The notes under the pieces are model-generated. The model was given only the letters and a program-made list of their open reading frames with translations. It had not been told where the DNA came from and did no database searches. This document shows, in pieces, positions 28,885 to 32,000 of a DNA stretch of 32,000 bases. The translations under genes were made by a program, and so were the position numbers. Each line of letters opens with the position of its first letter. Position 1 is the stretch's first letter. The stretch is from Patescibacteria group bacterium. GTDB lineage: Bacteria; Patescibacteriota; UBA1384; XYA2-FULL-43-10. The stretch spans positions 60,001 to 92,000 of the forward strand of contig JBAYVT010000001.1 of the NCBI GenBank assembly GCA_041674405.1, given 5' to 3'.

Positions 28885-29604
28885 TTACGATGCCATGCCG
28901 GGCAGCGTTCCTGAAAAAGCCGGCAGAATGATATTGGTATTTTTCTCAACGTAAAACTTCAACCCGAAATTTTTTACTCTCTTGTGCAGGTCAGCTAAAA
29001 TATTCTGGTCCTGCAAGCGATCATACATTATGCCTTGGTCTCCGATGACTTCGATTTTGAATGGATTGGAAATTTTTGCATCGTTAATAAGAATGGTATT
29101 TACAATGCAATCAATTGAAGTAGAAGAAACAACTCTTTCCCCATTTACAGAAATCCCTTCTGCTGTTGATCCCCAAAGAAGATTTATAATATCGCGCAAA
29201 TCGGCGGCATGCACTATTGAATCATCCGAAACTGGCCCCGTCGTAGAATCATCAAGGGTAATAATGATTCCTGGCCCATTGAGTTTGGTCAACCCCGCTT
29301 GTTCTCGTTTTTGATTTAAAACTAATGTCTCTTGTGGAGCAAGAGAGCTTTCTGCAAGATTGCTTGATAAATTGTTAACTTTGCCTTGTAGGTCGGCAAC
29401 CTCATTTTTGAGATTAGCCTGTTCGGAATAAAGAAGATCTTTGGTATCTTTAAGGCTCAAATACGGCGCAACAGAATTTGTCACCCGGGTTGGCAGAACT
29501 TTGGATTGAAGAATAATCAACATCCCGATGATTATGCCGATGAGCGCATACAACGATCGGTTTATCAATGTCTTTGTCTTTTTAAAATCAATCTTTTTGG
29601 GCAT
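28885..29604 (-). CDS. DUF881-like envelope protein
   Basis: N-terminal TM, coiled coil, GPGIIITLDDS...IVHAADLRDIINLLWGSTAEGISVNGERVVSSTSIDCIVNTILIND. Confidence 0.85.
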   Translation of the reverse strand: MPKKIDFKKTKTLINRSLYALIGIIIGMLIILQSKVLPTRVTNSVAPYLSLKDTKDLLYSEQANLKNEVADLQGKVNNLSSNLAESSLAPQETLVLNQKREQAGLTKLNGPGIIITLDDSTTGPVSDDSIVHAADLRDIINLLWGSTAEGISVNGERVVSSTSIDCIVNTILINDAKISNPFKIEVIGDQGIMYDRLQDQNILADLHKRVKNFGLKFYVEKNTNIILPAFSGTLPGMAS

Positions 29605-29690
29605 GAAATTTAACTAATAACTAAAATCTAATAACAAATAACCAAAGGAATAACCCAGATATTTTTGATTTTTGAGTTTTGAATTATTAA

Positions 29691-29766
29691 TGGTACCCCC
29701 AGTAGGATTTGCACCTACGACCTTTCCCTTAGGACGGGACTGCTCTATCTACTGAGCTATGGGGGC
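29691..29766 (-). tRNA. tRNA-Arg (anticodon CCT)
   Basis: Minus strand GCCCCCATAGCTCAGTAGATAGAGCAGTCCCGTCCTAAGGGAAAGGTCGTAGGTGCAAATCCTACTGGGGGTACCA; cloverleaf folds by hand, CCA encoded. Confidence 0.9.
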
Positions 29767-29954
29767 TTGCTACTGGCGGACAGGTATCCACTGAGACCCA
29801 ACGGGTAGCCTTTGGCTCTTTGGCTTGGGTCTACGCGGACGGATGAATAATTACAGCCTGGATTTTAGCACAATTTTCAGGTATATTAAAGGCTGTCTTA
29901 ATACATTTTGATTTTTGAATTTTAATTTTTGAGTCTCCGCCAGTTGGCGGATTT

Positions 29955-30031
29955 CGGGGTGTAGCGCAGCCTGGTAGCGCGCATCGTTCGGGACGATGAG
30001 GCCCGCGGTTCAAATCCGCGCACCCCGACCA
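29955..30031 (+). tRNA. tRNA-Pro (anticodon CGG)
   Basis: CGGGGTGTAGCGCAGCCTGGTAGCGCGCATCGTTCGGGACGATGAGGCCCGCGGTTCAAATCCGCGCACCCCGACCA; perfect arms, CCA encoded. Confidence 0.95.
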
Positions 30032-30073
30032 TAGTATTTAATCAACCATTTAATATATTCCTATATAAACTTC

Positions 30074-30108
30074 AACGCCTCCCGCATGCAACACGGGAGG
30101 CGTTTTTT
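30074..30108 (+). terminator. Rho-independent terminator downstream of tRNA-Pro
   Basis: AACGCCTCCCG-catgcaaca-CGGGAGGCGTT followed by TTTT. Confidence 0.85.
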
Positions 30109-30131
30109 GTTCTGTTTTCCCTCCTTCTGGG

Positions 30132-32000
30132 CTATCTCGGGTGCTCCATGCACCAGGTGTACATGTTCTGGATGGCGGTCAGCCAGGGGCTGGCCTTGAG
30201 TCGTTTCCAGCTATCGGGCATCCAGGGCAGCTGCCAGAGCTGCCAGAGCCGCTCGATGTGCGGCATGGTGATGACGTGGCGACCATCCGGCGTGCAGAGA
30301 CCGGCGATGCCGTAGGGGCTTCCGTTCGGGTTGAACGGATAATCCATAGTGGCCTCGCCGTCTGGCCCGACATAGGTCATCGGGACCAGGTTGTTCGTGC
30401 GGATCCAGTCCAGCACGCTTTGGTCGTGGCAGTAGAGCCGGCCTTCGCCGTGCGCTACGATGATGCCGAGGATCGAGTTCTCCATGCCCTTGAACATAAT
30501 GGCGGGAGATTGCCCAACCTTGACCGTCACGTAGCGCGACTCGAACATCCCGGACTCGTTCTTAAGGAAGCGTGGCCTACGCTCAAGAGGCAGGGACTGG
30601 TCGGGAGCGATCCCAAGCAGGGCAGCAGTCTGCGTTCCGTTGCAGGCGTGGTAGCTCAGAGTATCTTTCCGCTCGAAGAAGAATCTGCGGTACTGCTCCC
30701 ACGCCAGAGGGTTCTCCTCGATTGATGCAGCCCAGCCCACTCCCGACTCCATTGGCTCGTCCTGGTAGGAAAAGCCGCCGACCTCGGCCGCGACTCGAAA
30801 GTCGTCGAGCGTTGACCGACCGTCTATGAAGTCAGTCGTCATAAGGTCGTAGGGATCGAAACCGGCCTGGTAAAACATCCCCGCCATCTCGCGATCGCCG
30901 TTGCTGCCCGGTGCGCGAATGATGGCTACCTTAGGCCGGTCATTTCTCCGCAGTATTTTGGCTGACGTCGGTCGGGGGACAAACGTCAGCATGTACGGCG
31001 GAGGCACGAGCAGAGTCGGAATGGTATTGCGCTCTTGCTCGATGCACTTGGGGTTGGTGTCAATGGCGTCGAGCTGGAACGAGGTCTCCATCCAGGCTTG
31101 GCGCAGATTGACCATCGGTGACCGGTGGACAATCTTGCCATTGTGTTTGACCTGAATTTGTGGAGATTTCGAACGCTTGACGCCGGCGATCACGTTGGCT
31201 TTCAGGCCGGAAGCTCGGTAGTGTTTGACCACTTGCCGCGCGTCCTTCGCCCTGCAGCCAATGACGACTCCCGGAACCTCCGAGAAGTAGTGCCGAAGCC
31301 AGCCGAAGCGGCCTGCACTCGCAATCTCGAGGCCGACGCCGGAGACGAAGGCCGTCTCGAGCAGGGTGGTGATCAGTCCGCCATCACTGATATCGTGCAG
31401 CATCCTGATCTCTCCAGACTCGAGTAGATTCTGAGTCGTTTCGAAGTAGCTGATCACTCGCTCGATGTTGACGTCCGCGCAATCGTCGCCCGTCTGGCCG
31501 TAAACCTGCGAAAGCGCGCTTGCGCCGAGAGGCTTGTAGTCCGGCGACAGGTCGACATGAATCAGAGTGTCAACATCGTCCTCGATCACCGGAGTGACCT
31601 TGACAGTGATGTCGGGCATCTGTGCCGCTAGAGTGACGAATATGGTTACCGGCCACTTGACCTTGGTAACCTCGCCGGCTGGGCTCTGTGCCAGGTTGTT
31701 GCCAGAGCTGGAGTCCTTGCCGCCTAGCTGGCGCATGCCGATCTGGATTTGTGCTTCAGCCAGGGCACTGGCGGTCTCTTCGATGATCACGCCCTCGCCG
31801 GGCGCTTTTGCATCGGAGAACCAGTTGATCTCGCAGTTCACGTCACCCAGGTTGGTGATCTTTGCCCCGGAGATGCTGATCAGAGCCTCGGCCAGAGTCA
31901 TTCTCGCCGTTGCACCGCCGGAAATGAGGCCGAGGTGCGGGCGGACAGCCGACGCCATGACGGTGCCGACCGTGTCGAGGAAGCTGTTGGCCATGATCCA
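30132..32000 (-). CDS. purL: Phosphoribosylformylglycinamidine synthase, C-terminal half (AIRS-C and class I glutaminase domains; 5' end beyond window)
   Basis: GSNGDREMAGMFYQAGFDPYDLMTTDFIDGRSTLDDFRVAAEVGGFSYQD, HACNGTQ (nucleophile Cys), VAHGEGRLY, MPHIERLWQ. Frame stays open to window edge. Confidence 0.93.
   Translation of the reverse strand, partial: WIMANSFLDTVGTVMASAVRPHLGLISGGATARMTLAEALISISGAKITNLGDVNCEINWFSDAKAPGEGVIIEETASALAEAQIQIGMRQLGGKDSSSGNNLAQSPAGEVTKVKWPVTIFVTLAAQMPDITVKVTPVIEDDVDTLIHVDLSPDYKPLGASALSQVYGQTGDDCADVNIERVISYFETTQNLLESGEIRMLHDISDGGLITTLLETAFVSGVGLEIASAGRFGWLRHYFSEVPGVVIGCRAKDARQVVKHYRASGLKANVIAGVKRSKSPQIQVKHNGKIVHRSPMVNLRQAWMETSFQLDAIDTNPKCIEQERNTIPTLLVPPPYMLTFVPRPTSAKILRRNDRPKVAIIRAPGSNGDREMAGMFYQAGFDPYDLMTTDFIDGRSTLDDFRVAAEVGGFSYQDEPMESGVGWAASIEENPLAWEQYRRFFFERKDTLSYHACNGTQTAALLGIAPDQSLPLERRPRFLKNESGMFESRYVTVKVGQSPAIMFKGMENSILGIIVAHGEGRLYCHDQSVLDWIRTNNLVPMTYVGPDGEATMDYPFNPNGSPYGIAGLCTPDGRHVITMPHIERLWQLWQLPWMPDSWKRLKASPWLTAIQNMYTWCMEHPR

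Noticed and set aside
30074-30108. Terminator assigned to purL
   Set aside because: The T-tract follows the hairpin on the plus strand, so it fits tRNA-Pro; a minus-strand role would need a different tail.
30132-32000. purL as a truncated pseudogene (only ~620 aa versus ~1200+ expected)
   Set aside because: The frame remains open through the window edge, so the N-terminal half is probably just outside the window.

Overview
The window is dominated by a dense, minus-strand housekeeping block. From right to left it holds purL (5' end outside the window), two DUF881-like proteins, an AI-2E-type transporter, smpB, rpoB, rpoC, rpsL, rpsG, then (after an insertion) fusA, tuf, rpsJ, rplC, rplD, rplW, rplB, rpsS, rplV, rpsC, rplP, rpmC, rpsQ, rplN, rplX, rplE, rpsN (zinc type), rpsH and rplF (3' end outside the window). 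Gene order, compact spacing, Lys/Ala-rich ribosomal protein tails and ATTTGTCATTTG-type spacers suggest a Patescibacteria/CPR-like genome (inference only). Two tRNAs are readable: Arg-CCT (minus) and Pro-CGG (plus). The least ordinary part is a ~6.6 kb accessory segment (about 11.4-18.05 kb) that splits the normally contiguous rpsL-rpsG-fusA cluster. Inside it, a ~1.4 kb module (about 13.97-15.9 kb) carries a PaaX/Cas2-like winged-helix protein, a zinc-ribbon protein, a small Cys-rich protein preceded by a strongly structured untranslated leader, and a GC-rich small ORF or ncRNA. The module is punctuated by three copies of a ~38-bp palindromic repeat. Next to it are two GC-rich genes (methyltransferase, HtpX-like protease) that share a near-identical ~50-bp 3' terminator cassette. 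No CRISPR array, transposase or classical defense operon was recognised. All calls come from reading the sequence; no database search or folding program was run.
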